NCBI GenBank assembly: GCA_017431035.1
Contig: JAFRLW010000028.1
Coordinates: forward strand, 71,823-135,822
Direction: 5' to 3'
DNA: 64,000 nt
From: Clostridia bacterium
GTDB lineage: Bacteria; Bacillota; Clostridia; Oscillospirales; Acutalibacteraceae
The position numbers and the translations under genes are program-made. Under the pieces are notes generated by a model. That model was not told the origin of the DNA and searched no databases. It saw only the letters and a program-made list of their open reading frames with translations. This document shows, piece after piece, positions 29,678-38,483 of this stretch (position 1 is its first letter; every line of letters begins with the position of its first letter).

Positions 29678-30877
29678 TTATACCTTTTCACCGAAAGTAT
29701 CGGGATGATTTTTATCAAAAAGTTCGTTTGCCCACATAATCGTTACAAGCGGCTCGGTTTCACTTAAGTTTATAATATTATGGGTGTAGCCGGGCAACAT
29801 ATGCACCGCCTTTATCTCTTCACCCGAAACATCAAAACTTATAACCTCATCAGTACCGATTTTTCTCTCTTCAATTCGGGCCTTCCCCGACACCACTATA
29901 AAGAACTCCCATTTTGTATGGTGCCAGTGTTGACCTTTTGTGATGCCGGGTTTTGATATGTTTACGCTTATTTGTCCGACATTTTTGCTCTTTATCAGTT
30001 CGGTAAAACTTCCCCTATCGTCAATGTTCATTTTAAGCGGAAAGGCTACCTTTTCTTTCGGCAAATAGGATAAATAGGTTGAATACAGTTTTTTAGCAAA
30101 ACTCCCCTTTGGTATTTCAGGCATAATAAGGGTTTCGCTTTGCTCTTTGAAAGAGTTCAGCAGTTCTACAATTTTGCCTAGTGTCACCCTATGAGTGACC
30201 GGTGCGGCGCAGAACTTTCCGTCCTCTTTGAGTACTGTGTCAAGTCCCGAAAACTCACAGTGGTGCTCTTTGCCCTCAATAGCGTCAAGCATCTCGTCTA
30301 TCAGGTCATCAATATAAAGCAGTTCAAGTTCTGTAGTTTCATCATTGACCGTTATAGGCAAATCGTTTGCAATATTATTGCAAAAAGTAGCAACGGCGCT
30401 GTTGTAGTTCGGACGACACCATTTGCCGAAAAGGTTTGGAAAACGGTAGACTAAAACCTTAGCGCCGGTGCGCTCGCCGTAACTAAAAAACAGGTCCTCT
30501 CCGGCTTTTTTGCTTTTCCCGTACTCGCTGCCGGCAAATCTGCCTGATAGTGTTGCCTGAAGCGAAGATGATAGCATAACAGGACATGTATTTTTATTCT
30601 TCTTTAATAAATCAAGCAGTTTTGAGGCAAATCCGAAATTGCCTTCCATAAACTCCTCTTCGTTCTTTGGGCGGTTGACGCCTGCAAGATTAAAGACAAA
30701 ATCCGCTTTTGCGGTGTACTCGTCAAGAAGTTTATGGTCTGTATCAATATCAAACGGGAAAATCTCGTCTATTATAATGCCGGGCCGTGTGCGGTCTTTT
30801 CCGTCTTTAATATTTTGTAATGCGGCGCATAGATTTTTTCCTACAAAACCGTTAGCGCCGGTGACAAGTATTTTCAT
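29678..30877 (-). CDS. CapF/FnlB/WbjC-like bifunctional reductase (N-terminal SDR plus C-terminal cupin)
   Basis: MKILVTGANGFVGKN Rossmann motif. C-terminal cupin GQHWHHTKWEFFIVVSG...LPGYTHNIINLS. Confidence 0.8.
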   Translation of the reverse strand: MKILVTGANGFVGKNLCAALQNIKDGKDRTRPGIIIDEIFPFDIDTDHKLLDEYTAKADFVFNLAGVNRPKNEEEFMEGNFGFASKLLDLLKKNKNTCPVMLSSSLQATLSGRFAGSEYGKSKKAGEDLFFSYGERTGAKVLVYRFPNLFGKWCRPNYNSAVATFCNNIANDLPITVNDETTELELLYIDDLIDEMLDAIEGKEHHCEFSGLDTVLKEDGKFCAAPVTHRVTLGKIVELLNSFKEQSETLIMPEIPKGSFAKKLYSTYLSYLPKEKVAFPLKMNIDDRGSFTELIKSKNVGQISVNISKPGITKGQHWHHTKWEFFIVVSGKARIEERKIGTDEVISFDVSGEEIKAVHMLPGYTHNIINLSETEPLVTIMWANELFDKNHPDTFGEKV

Positions 30878-31315
30878 TTAGTTTTCCCCGCTGTTAGTTG
30901 CAACCTTGAAGTTTTCGTCTTCTAAAAGGTTTTGCAGTATTATATCAACATCCTCAAGCATAAGTTTTTCATTATAGTCTTCGGTTTCGGTTTCAACTAT
31001 ATATATAGGTGTACCGTTATATGTGCCAAGCAGATATCCGTCACATTCCTTAAAAACAATTTCAAAAACGGTTTTGTCATTAAGGCTGAACACAACTTTA
31101 TCTTCCTCAGTTTTTATATCGGCGGTTTTTTCCCATCTTTCAGGATATTTAAGGGTTGTTACTTCTGTTTTGATATCAAAAGTTTTTTGATTGTCTTCTT
31201 CAACCACTACAGAACTACTCTTATTTTCATCAACAGTCTTTTTGTTTTTTGATTTACAGGAAGCAAGACACAAAACAAAAAGAAAACAAAGCATTAAAGA
31301 AACTATTCTTTTCAT
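30878..31315 (-). CDS. small lipoprotein, unknown function
   Basis: Signal peptide with lipobox LASC. 145 aa. Abuts the CapF-like start codon with no gap. Confidence 0.6.
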   Translation of the reverse strand: MKRIVSLMLCFLFVLCLASCKSKNKKTVDENKSSSVVVEEDNQKTFDIKTEVTTLKYPERWEKTADIKTEEDKVVFSLNDKTVFEIVFKECDGYLLGTYNGTPIYIVETETEDYNEKLMLEDVDIILQNLLEDENFKVATNSGEN

Positions 31316-31331
31316 ATTTTACCTCCAAAGA

Positions 31332-32363
31332 CTATTTGCAAAGTTCTTCTTTTATATAGGACAAAGCCGCAATCTTCTCTTTTGTTTCGGCAACGGTCAA
31401 CATTTTTGTATTGTTTGAGTTAAACTCTGTTAGGGTGTTTCGTTTGCTGTCGCCGTCTTTATAATATTTGTCATAGTTAAGACTGCGGTTATCCGCCGGA
31501 ACACGATAGAAATCTCCCATATCTATCGCTTTGGCACATTCCTCGTTAGTGAGCAAAGTTTCATACATTTTTTCACCGTGGCGAATACCTATAACCTTTA
31601 TTTTATCTTTGTCGGCGCCAAACAGTTCACAAACCGCTTCCGCCTGAGTTTTTATGGTGCAAGCAGGTGCTTTTTGAATAAACAAATCACCGTTTTCTCC
31701 GTTTGTGAAAGCAAAAAGAACTAAATCAACCGCCTCTTCAAGCGACATTATAAAACGGGTCATAGTAGGCTCGGTAACGGTGACCGGCTCGCCCTTTTTA
31801 ATTTGGTCTATCCAAAGCGGAATAACCGACCCTCTGCTGCACATAACATTGCCGTATCTTGTGCAACAAATCTTTGTTTCGCCGCTTGTTCTGCTTTTTG
31901 CGATTGCAACCTTTTCCTCAAGCGCCTTTGAAATGCCCATAGCGTTTATCGGGTATGCCGCTTTGTCGGTAGAAAGGCATATAACCGATTTGACCTTGCA
32001 TTCAATAGCGGCGTTTAGAACGTTTTCCGTTCCGTAAACGTTTGTGCGCACCGCTTCCATCGGGAAAAACTCGCAAGAAGGGACTTGTTTGAGAGCGGCG
32101 GCGTGGAAGATATAATCCACTCCGTGCATAGCACCTTTAACCGACATATAATCTCTGACGTCACCTATATAAAACTTTATTTTGTCGGCATACATAGGAT
32201 ATTTTATTTGGAAATCGTGACGCATATCGTCTTGTTTTTTCTCATCACGGGAAAAAATGCGTATCTCGCCGATATCGGTCTTCAAAAAACGGTTGAGCAC
32301 CGCATTTCCAAAGGACCCTGTTCCGCCGGTAATAAGTAACGTTTTATTTGTAAACTGTCCCAT
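31332..32363 (-). CDS. UDP-GlcNAc 4,6-dehydratase/5-epimerase (CapE/FnlA/WbjB type)
   Basis: LLITGGTGSFGN...TDKAAYPINAMGISKAL (extended SDR, polysaccharide biosynthesis CapD-like short form), 343 aa. Confidence 0.85.
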   Translation of the reverse strand: MGQFTNKTLLITGGTGSFGNAVLNRFLKTDIGEIRIFSRDEKKQDDMRHDFQIKYPMYADKIKFYIGDVRDYMSVKGAMHGVDYIFHAAALKQVPSCEFFPMEAVRTNVYGTENVLNAAIECKVKSVICLSTDKAAYPINAMGISKALEEKVAIAKSRTSGETKICCTRYGNVMCSRGSVIPLWIDQIKKGEPVTVTEPTMTRFIMSLEEAVDLVLFAFTNGENGDLFIQKAPACTIKTQAEAVCELFGADKDKIKVIGIRHGEKMYETLLTNEECAKAIDMGDFYRVPADNRSLNYDKYYKDGDSKRNTLTEFNSNNTKMLTVAETKEKIAALSYIKEELCK

Positions 32364-32384
32364 TTTTTTCCTTCTTTCAAAAAG

Positions 32385-32483
32385 GTTTCAGCAGTTTAGC
32401 CGGAATATCCGTTCTCCGCCGTGCCCCACGTGGAGGGACTGCTTTCGCACGGCTCATCCCCCGAATAATCGGGGGACTTTTTA
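32385..32483. other. G/C-rich structured intergenic element between the surface-protein gene and the fnlA-like gene
   Basis: Hairpins read directly:
- 8-bp stem TCCCCCGA/TCGGGGGA with a 4-nt loop (32457..32476), followed on the PLUS strand by CTTTTTAT.
- 7-bp GCCGTGC/GCACGGC (32418..32424 with 32447..32453).
- CGGA-ATA-TCCG (32401..32411).
- Crossing complementarity AGCAG/CTGCT (32390..32394 with 32439..32443) and CTCC/GGAG (32414..32417 with 32432..32435). Confidence 0.5.
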
Positions 32484-35400
32484 TCAGAGTATTATTTTTC
32501 CGTTTTCATCAATCACGTAGTTGCCTTTTTCAAGGAGTCCGTTTGTCCAGGACTGAGCAATCCATTTGATTGTATCTTTTACAACTACGCCGTTTGATGC
32601 AATATAGTAATAGTCATCACCTATTTTGATAACACCCTTATGAACAGGAGTATTGTTCTCATAGTAAACGCCGTTTACTATACCCTCTTTATTTTCGGGT
32701 TCAACAACAGGTTCTTCGGTAGTATCAACTACAACGGGGTTAACTATTTTGCCGTTTTCGTCTATTGTGTAGTTACCTTTAACGATAAGGCCGTTGGTCC
32801 ACATTTCTGCAACCCACTTAACCGTATCTTTTGCCACTACACCGTTAGAGCCTACATAGTAGTAATCGTCGCCTATTTTAACAACACCCTTATGAACGGG
32901 AGCGTTGTTTTCATAGTAAACACCATTTATAATTCCCTCTTTATATTCGGGCTCGGGATCGGGGGTTACTACCTCGCCTGCAACTACGGGACTAACTATC
33001 TTGCCGTTTTCGTCTATAGTGTAGTTACCTTTAACGATAAGTCCGTTGGTCCACATTTCTGCAACCCATTTAACAGTATCTTTTGCTACAACACCGTTAG
33101 AGCCTACATAATAGTAATCGTCGTCTATTTTGATAACACCCTTATGAACAGGAGCATTATTCTCATAATAGATTCCGTTTACTATACCCTCTTTATTTTC
33201 GGGTTCAACACCGGGTTGTTCGGGTTCTTCGGTAGTATCAACTACAACGGGGTTAAGGATCTTACCGTTTTCGTCTATAGTGTAGTTACCTTTAACGATA
33301 AGGCCGTTAGCCCACATCTCAGCAACCCATTTAACAGTATCTTTTGCTACAACACCGTTAGAGCCTACATAGTAGTAATCGTCATCTATTTTGATAACAC
33401 CCTTATGAGCAGGAACACCGTTTTCATAGTAAACGCCGTTTACTATTCCGTTTTCTGTACCGGGTTCAACAACAGGTTCTTCGGGATCTTCGGTAGCGCC
33501 GCCTATAACCTTAGGATCAACTATCTTGCCGTTTTCGTCAATCTGGTAGTTACCCTTCTCAATAAGACCGTTAGTCCAGGTATCAGAAATCCATTTAACA
33601 GTACCAAACTCAAGTCTGCCGTAGGAAGCGATATAATAGTAATCGTCGCCGAGTTTGATAACACCGTGATGCTCTAATGCGCCGTTTGCATCAATATAAT
33701 ACTTGTTGCCGTTTGCGGCGTCATAAAAACCGGTTTCGGTAATGTTTCTGATAAACTCGCCGGTAGCAGCGTCGAACTCATAAAGAGCGGCGGTGTCTCT
33801 TGAAGTTTTAATCTGAACAACACCTTTATAAATATGACCGGCTGTATCAAATCCATAAGTAATACCGTCTATTTCAACAAACTTGTTGGTTGCGTTGTTT
33901 GCCGCACGGTAGTAACTCGGTCCGTAGTAATAACGAAGTCCGCCTGCTTCCTCAACCCAAATACCGGAAATAAGTTTACCGTTTTCATCAAAATAGAAGG
34001 TTTTTGCGCCGGTACCTATAGACTCAACTGTAGTAAAGGTCGTTGGGCTGAAGTAATAATAATCATCTTCTATCTGCTGCCAACCGCTTACAAGCTGACC
34101 GTTAATTGCATAGTAGGTCTTACCGTTCATTTCAAACAGTCCTGTGCCGGGGTTGTATTTATCGCCGCAAACGGTGCATACAAACTCGCCGTCACTATAT
34201 TCAAAGTTATGTTCAACGGTTGGTATTTTTGTTCCCCATGCAACAACAGAGTCACAAACCTCACAATATGTGCGGCCGGTGTATCCTGCCTCTTTGCAAG
34301 AAGGCGCCTTATCTTCAAGGGCGGTTACGGTATGAACGTGAACTCCGCCATGCTCAGCAAAGTATGTTGTCGTTGCAAGGTCGTTTTGCGGTTTATACAT
34401 TTCTGTAGAAACACTGAACGATTCGTTAGAGAAAGTGCCTATTGTATTTGCACTATATCCGTCAACATACTCTATTTCACCATAGTCAACGTCAACTTTA
34501 AGGTCTTGCGCCCAGAAGTGATCGTTGGTGTTGGTCCAGTAGGTTTGCTCGTTGAGTCCAGGATATTTAATATCATCTGCAAAAGAGATAATGCGAATCG
34601 GGAGTGAAGCCAAAACAGCCTCTCCTGTATCGGAATTGCTTCCGGTGCGTGTTATGGTTATTGTTGCGGTTTTGGTTTCTGCATCTTCAGTGTAAGACGC
34701 TTCAAATCCACTTGCAACTTCAATGTTATCAAGTTCCCAATGGTTAGAACTGTTAAGATCTATCTTCGCAGTTACCGATTTAACGGTTTCAATATCGGTA
34801 GCCTTAAGGTTCATCCAGTATACAGAACCAAAAAGAAGTTTATCAAGAGATGCATCTTTAGGCTCAACAATTACGGTTGAAGCCTTAACATCAGAGTTAA
34901 CCTGAACCAAACGAACGGCAACCTGTTTGTTACCCGCTCTGTCGCAAATCTCAAACTTAATTCTGTGAATTCCGTTTGCGACTGCTATATTTGAAATGCT
35001 GATTTTACCGGCACTATAAGAACTGTTGACTATTTTGCCGTCAACGTAGGCTTTAGCAGTTGCACCGTTCAAGCCGTCGCCGTCATCGCTTACATTTGCA
35101 ACCACATCAAGAACGTTATCTGTTGTAGTTGTAACCGCAAGGTCTTTGAAAGCGGAGTCTTTGGTTGTGCGGCCGTAAGTCATATCCTTATCTTCGGCGC
35201 CGGAATCACTCAAAAGGGTTATGGTTCCGAACTTAGGCGCAGTTCTGTCGGCAACATCAGCTGCGTAATCAACGGTGAAATTATCAAAGTAAACTGTATA
35301 CTCACCGTTTACGGTTCCGTCTTTTAGAATATTGTTGGAAGTGTGCGGATAAGCAAGAATATGTATCGCACGGCAACTCTTCGGAATAGCCGCAGATTTC

Positions 35401-37418
35401 AAAGCAGCAGTCAAATCGCTTCTTGTCTGATAATCAGCACCGGGAATCATTATGGTTTTACCGCCAACCGGTATATTAAGATAGTACCAACCCGATTCCT
35501 CAAAGTTTTGGTATATGCTAAGACTTGAAATGGGCGAAGTGGAAACTACCTTATCAAATATGCCGTCGTTATTGGTGTCGGTTATGTATCTCATATTGAA
35601 CTCATGAGCATACATTTCATCATTTATATAAACCCAAACACCGTATGACTGAACATCGTTCAGTATAATACTCTTTTCAGGTGCGGCAACAAGCTGATAA
35701 TAGTCTTTGCTGCCGTCAAATACTTTTGCGCTAAGTTGGTTGGTGTAAAGACGTAAAGAGCCTTCGCCGTCATGAACCTGACCGTTTTCCGCATTAGCGG
35801 CGGAAAGTGAATAGTTCACACCACGTTTAGCATATTTTTCTACATCTATTTCCCAAATATTCCAACCGCTTGTACCGTTTTCAAAGTCAAAGAGAACTTC
35901 GGTAATTTCTTTGCAGATTACAACCTTTGCAGTTCCTTTAATATTTGAGCCGTGGTTAAGGGTTACCGTTAATGTACCTGTTTTATTATCAGGTGCGTTG
36001 GCTTCGTTTACGGCGGTAAATACATCGCCGTTTATTGTTCCGATTGCCGCATTGTTGCAGGTAATTGTATAATCGCTCGGTTTCAAAACAACTTCGTTCA
36101 TACCGTTATTGGTTGTTGCAACAACAGAAAGATTTGAAGATGTACCGTATTTAACCGAGAAAGTTGATGCCGTGAAAGCAATATCAGGGATAACTATTTC
36201 AATGCTTTCCTCGCCTACAACCTTGTTATTATAAACAAGCTGAGCGGTAACGGTGCCGGTTGTTCCGTTAGAAACAAATACACCGTTATCAATAGTGCCC
36301 ATACCAGACTCTTTTATCTGCCATGTGGCTTCTGCGGGTATATCGGCAGCTGTACCTACAAGGTCAGTACCTATTGCGTTAAATGTAACCGTGCTGCCGG
36401 GAGTATAGTACTTGTTATCAGCATAAATATGAGCCTGAACAAACTGACCGTCTGCCGGAGCGGTGGAAACGAAAAGAATACCGTTTGTTGTTTCACGGGG
36501 TGTGCCGTCAGAAGGAGAGTTAACTACTTCAAGCGCAGCGCCCGGTCTTTGTGAAAGGAAGGTTGAAGATCCGCCGCCGTCACAGTTACAAGCGAATACA
36601 CAACCGAGGTCTATCATCATTTCGGCGCATTCGTACATACCCATACCGACTGAAATGGTTTGACGACCGTCGTTCTCCATTATCACAACCTTACCGTCGG
36701 CGGTAACGCCTACTACCGAACGGGGAGCGGATTGAGAGTCGGCGTGTGCGCCTGAGGCTGAATACTGGTTTTTACCATCCTTTACAATGAAACCTGAAGA
36801 GCAAGGGATAACCTGTTCCTCATATCCTGTGAGGCTGTCTAATCCGGTTACTGACTTCATTTCAACCTTAGCCATTCCGTCAGGACGTTCGTCTTTGTTA
36901 ATTACAACGCAGGTCGGAAATCCGAGATTGCCGTATTTCTTAGTGAGATCCCATAGTATATCACCGTCAATCATCATAAATCCGAGCGGTTCATGAATAT
37001 GATCTGCAGGATAGCCACTGTACCATGACAAACACGTATTCATAGCGCCGACAACATTCCAGCCGAGTTTTTCTTCGGCGGCTGCCGCCTGCTCAACCAT
37101 ATTTGCGGTTGCAAATACAGATGTATCCATATTTGCATAACTGGTAGTAACCTTTACATATTCATTAGTTACATCAGCAATCATAATATGGCTGACCTGT
37201 CTTCTTGAACCTGTACTGTTGTTCAAAACAATTTCAGATTCAGAAATACCGGGAGCAATTTCCCAGTCTTTTTTGGATACTACACTGTAGTAGTTATCCG
37301 AAGACGACGCACTATTGTGGTTGTAATTTACTGCCGCAAATACCGAGGATGGAACGATACTTGCAAGAAGCATTACGCTTAGAATCACAGATAATATGCG
37401 TGCTACGTTCTTCTTCAT
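32484..37418 (-). CDS. 1644-aa secreted multidomain protein: signal peptide, phosphodiester glycosidase (NAGPA-like) domain, Ig-like/beta-rich region, Cys-rich segment, cell-wall-binding-type repeats and five long C-terminal repeats
   Basis: Signal peptide MKKNVARILSVILSVMLLASIVPSSVFA. NAGPA hallmark PRSVVGVTADGKVVIMENDGRQ...GCVFACNCDGGGSSTF. GW/YYF-type repeats (KTYYAINGQLVSGWQQIEDDYYYF, TFYFDENGKL). See the repeat feature. Confidence 0.85.
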   Translation of the reverse strand: MKKNVARILSVILSVMLLASIVPSSVFAAVNYNHNSASSSDNYYSVVSKKDWEIAPGISESEIVLNNSTGSRRQVSHIMIADVTNEYVKVTTSYANMDTSVFATANMVEQAAAAEEKLGWNVVGAMNTCLSWYSGYPADHIHEPLGFMMIDGDILWDLTKKYGNLGFPTCVVINKDERPDGMAKVEMKSVTGLDSLTGYEEQVIPCSSGFIVKDGKNQYSASGAHADSQSAPRSVVGVTADGKVVIMENDGRQTISVGMGMYECAEMMIDLGCVFACNCDGGGSSTFLSQRPGAALEVVNSPSDGTPRETTNGILFVSTAPADGQFVQAHIYADNKYYTPGSTVTFNAIGTDLVGTAADIPAEATWQIKESGMGTIDNGVFVSNGTTGTVTAQLVYNNKVVGEESIEIVIPDIAFTASTFSVKYGTSSNLSVVATTNNGMNEVVLKPSDYTITCNNAAIGTINGDVFTAVNEANAPDNKTGTLTVTLNHGSNIKGTAKVVICKEITEVLFDFENGTSGWNIWEIDVEKYAKRGVNYSLSAANAENGQVHDGEGSLRLYTNQLSAKVFDGSKDYYQLVAAPEKSIILNDVQSYGVWVYINDEMYAHEFNMRYITDTNNDGIFDKVVSTSPISSLSIYQNFEESGWYYLNIPVGGKTIMIPGADYQTRSDLTAALKSAAIPKSCRAIHILAYPHTSNNILKDGTVNGEYTVYFDNFTVDYAADVADRTAPKFGTITLLSDSGAEDKDMTYGRTTKDSAFKDLAVTTTTDNVLDVVANVSDDGDGLNGATAKAYVDGKIVNSSYSAGKISISNIAVANGIHRIKFEICDRAGNKQVAVRLVQVNSDVKASTVIVEPKDASLDKLLFGSVYWMNLKATDIETVKSVTAKIDLNSSNHWELDNIEVASGFEASYTEDAETKTATITITRTGSNSDTGEAVLASLPIRIISFADDIKYPGLNEQTYWTNTNDHFWAQDLKVDVDYGEIEYVDGYSANTIGTFSNESFSVSTEMYKPQNDLATTTYFAEHGGVHVHTVTALEDKAPSCKEAGYTGRTYCEVCDSVVAWGTKIPTVEHNFEYSDGEFVCTVCGDKYNPGTGLFEMNGKTYYAINGQLVSGWQQIEDDYYYFSPTTFTTVESIGTGAKTFYFDENGKLISGIWVEEAGGLRYYYGPSYYRAANNATNKFVEIDGITYGFDTAGHIYKGVVQIKTSRDTAALYEFDAATGEFIRNITETGFYDAANGNKYYIDANGALEHHGVIKLGDDYYYIASYGRLEFGTVKWISDTWTNGLIEKGNYQIDENGKIVDPKVIGGATEDPEEPVVEPGTENGIVNGVYYENGVPAHKGVIKIDDDYYYVGSNGVVAKDTVKWVAEMWANGLIVKGNYTIDENGKILNPVVVDTTEEPEQPGVEPENKEGIVNGIYYENNAPVHKGVIKIDDDYYYVGSNGVVAKDTVKWVAEMWTNGLIVKGNYTIDENGKIVSPVVAGEVVTPDPEPEYKEGIINGVYYENNAPVHKGVVKIGDDYYYVGSNGVVAKDTVKWVAEMWTNGLIVKGNYTIDENGKIVNPVVVDTTEEPVVEPENKEGIVNGVYYENNTPVHKGVIKIGDDYYYIASNGVVVKDTIKWIAQSWTNGLLEKGNYVIDENGKIIL
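32487..33671. repeat. five tandem coding repeats of 84-88 codons (252-264 bp) at the 3' end of the surface-protein gene
   Basis: The protein units start H(H/K)GV(I/V)K(L/I)(G/D)DDYYY(I/V)(A/G)S. Copies 2-4 share the block YYYVGSNGVVAKDTVKWVAEMW(A/T)NGLIVKGNYTIDENGKI, which is otherwise identical, separated by acidic Pro/Glu linkers. The last copy is truncated at 52 aa. DNA copies are also near-identical by eye. Confidence 0.9.
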
Positions 37419-37559
37419 TTTGCATTTCCCCTTTTTGAAATAATATTATATAAACACTCAAAAGAGTATATATACCTTTTTTTACGCCTTACTATGACGA
37501 CATACCGAAAAGAACAGGGTTTTTCTTTTCCGTACTTCTTGTCACTGTCGGCAAAAAAA

Positions 37560-38480
37560 TCAAGGTTTATCGGTTAGTATTCTTCTCATCGCTTCGGGGT
37601 ATTCTTTTGCGAGGTTTTGCATAATCTTCTCATACCCGTTCTCGACGATATTATCGGTCGCAAGTTGATATTCCTGAGAATTATCGACGGTGGAAAAAAT
37701 CCTATGATATTTTCTTGTTTTTATAACGGGGGTTTTATTCTCTGCCGCCATAAACATATACCAAAGGTCATCGCCACGAAGCGCCAGTCTTTTTATCTTT
37801 TCTTTATTGTAGGCATCTTTGTAAAACGCACCATACGGCAAGAGACATCCGCCGCCGCCCGAAGGACAGGCGCTAAACGAGGGCTTTTTCACGGCTATAG
37901 AGGAAATAGTATCCCACCTGCCGGGATTTTTAAGGGTTTTGTCTTTATTAAAACTAACGGTTTGCGCCCTCTCGCAAACTATACAGTTTGGATACTTTTT
38001 ATGGGTTTTTATAAGTCGTTTCACCGAGTCGGGCGAATAAATTATATCGTCATCATAGGTGATAACCACCTCGTCCGGCTTTTGCTCTTTTGTGGCATAA
38101 TAATACTTTTTGTGAGCGCAAAGGTCATCACACCACCCTATTTCGAGTCCGTGTTTTTGAAGATTTAGTATTGACTCGGGCAACTGTTTTTCGGAAAACT
38201 GCTCACTTGCGAGCCAAAGTATAATTCGGTCGGGCTTCACGGTTTGAAGCATAAGTGATTTTATCGCCTTATAAGCATAACCTATACGTGCGGGAAAAGA
38301 GGTGAGCGACAAGGTTATTTTTATATCTCTTTTTTCCGTATTCAGCGGATTTTCGGGTATTGTTTCCTTTTCGATACACCTGTTATCAAGTTTCCTTATA
38401 TAATTATACCATACACCGCCGAAAAATGGTATCCTAAACGACTCAATAAGTTTTATTTTTTCTAAAAATCTTCTGTCCAT
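37560..38480 (-). CDS. putative GT-A fold glycosyltransferase
   Basis: ITLSLTSFPARI...VVITYDDDIIYSPD (DxD-like). Operon context. The family was not recognised precisely. Confidence 0.55.
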   Translation of the reverse strand: MDRRFLEKIKLIESFRIPFFGGVWYNYIRKLDNRCIEKETIPENPLNTEKRDIKITLSLTSFPARIGYAYKAIKSLMLQTVKPDRIILWLASEQFSEKQLPESILNLQKHGLEIGWCDDLCAHKKYYYATKEQKPDEVVITYDDDIIYSPDSVKRLIKTHKKYPNCIVCERAQTVSFNKDKTLKNPGRWDTISSIAVKKPSFSACPSGGGGCLLPYGAFYKDAYNKEKIKRLALRGDDLWYMFMAAENKTPVIKTRKYHRIFSTVDNSQEYQLATDNIVENGYEKIMQNLAKEYPEAMRRILTDKP

Positions 38481-38483
38481 TTG

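Noticed and set aside
32487-33671. Possible CRISPR array or other non-coding repeat array
   Set aside because: The units are 252-264 bp, contiguous with no unique spacers, and lie in-frame within a long ORF with a coherent protein repeat. No short direct repeats alternating with spacers occur anywhere in the window.
32640-33677. 345-aa plus-strand ORF with a striking periodic sequence
   Set aside because: It is the antisense frame of the five tandem coding repeats of the surface-protein gene. Its periodicity is inherited from them. It has no start context and is Phe/Asn/Val/Tyr-rich.
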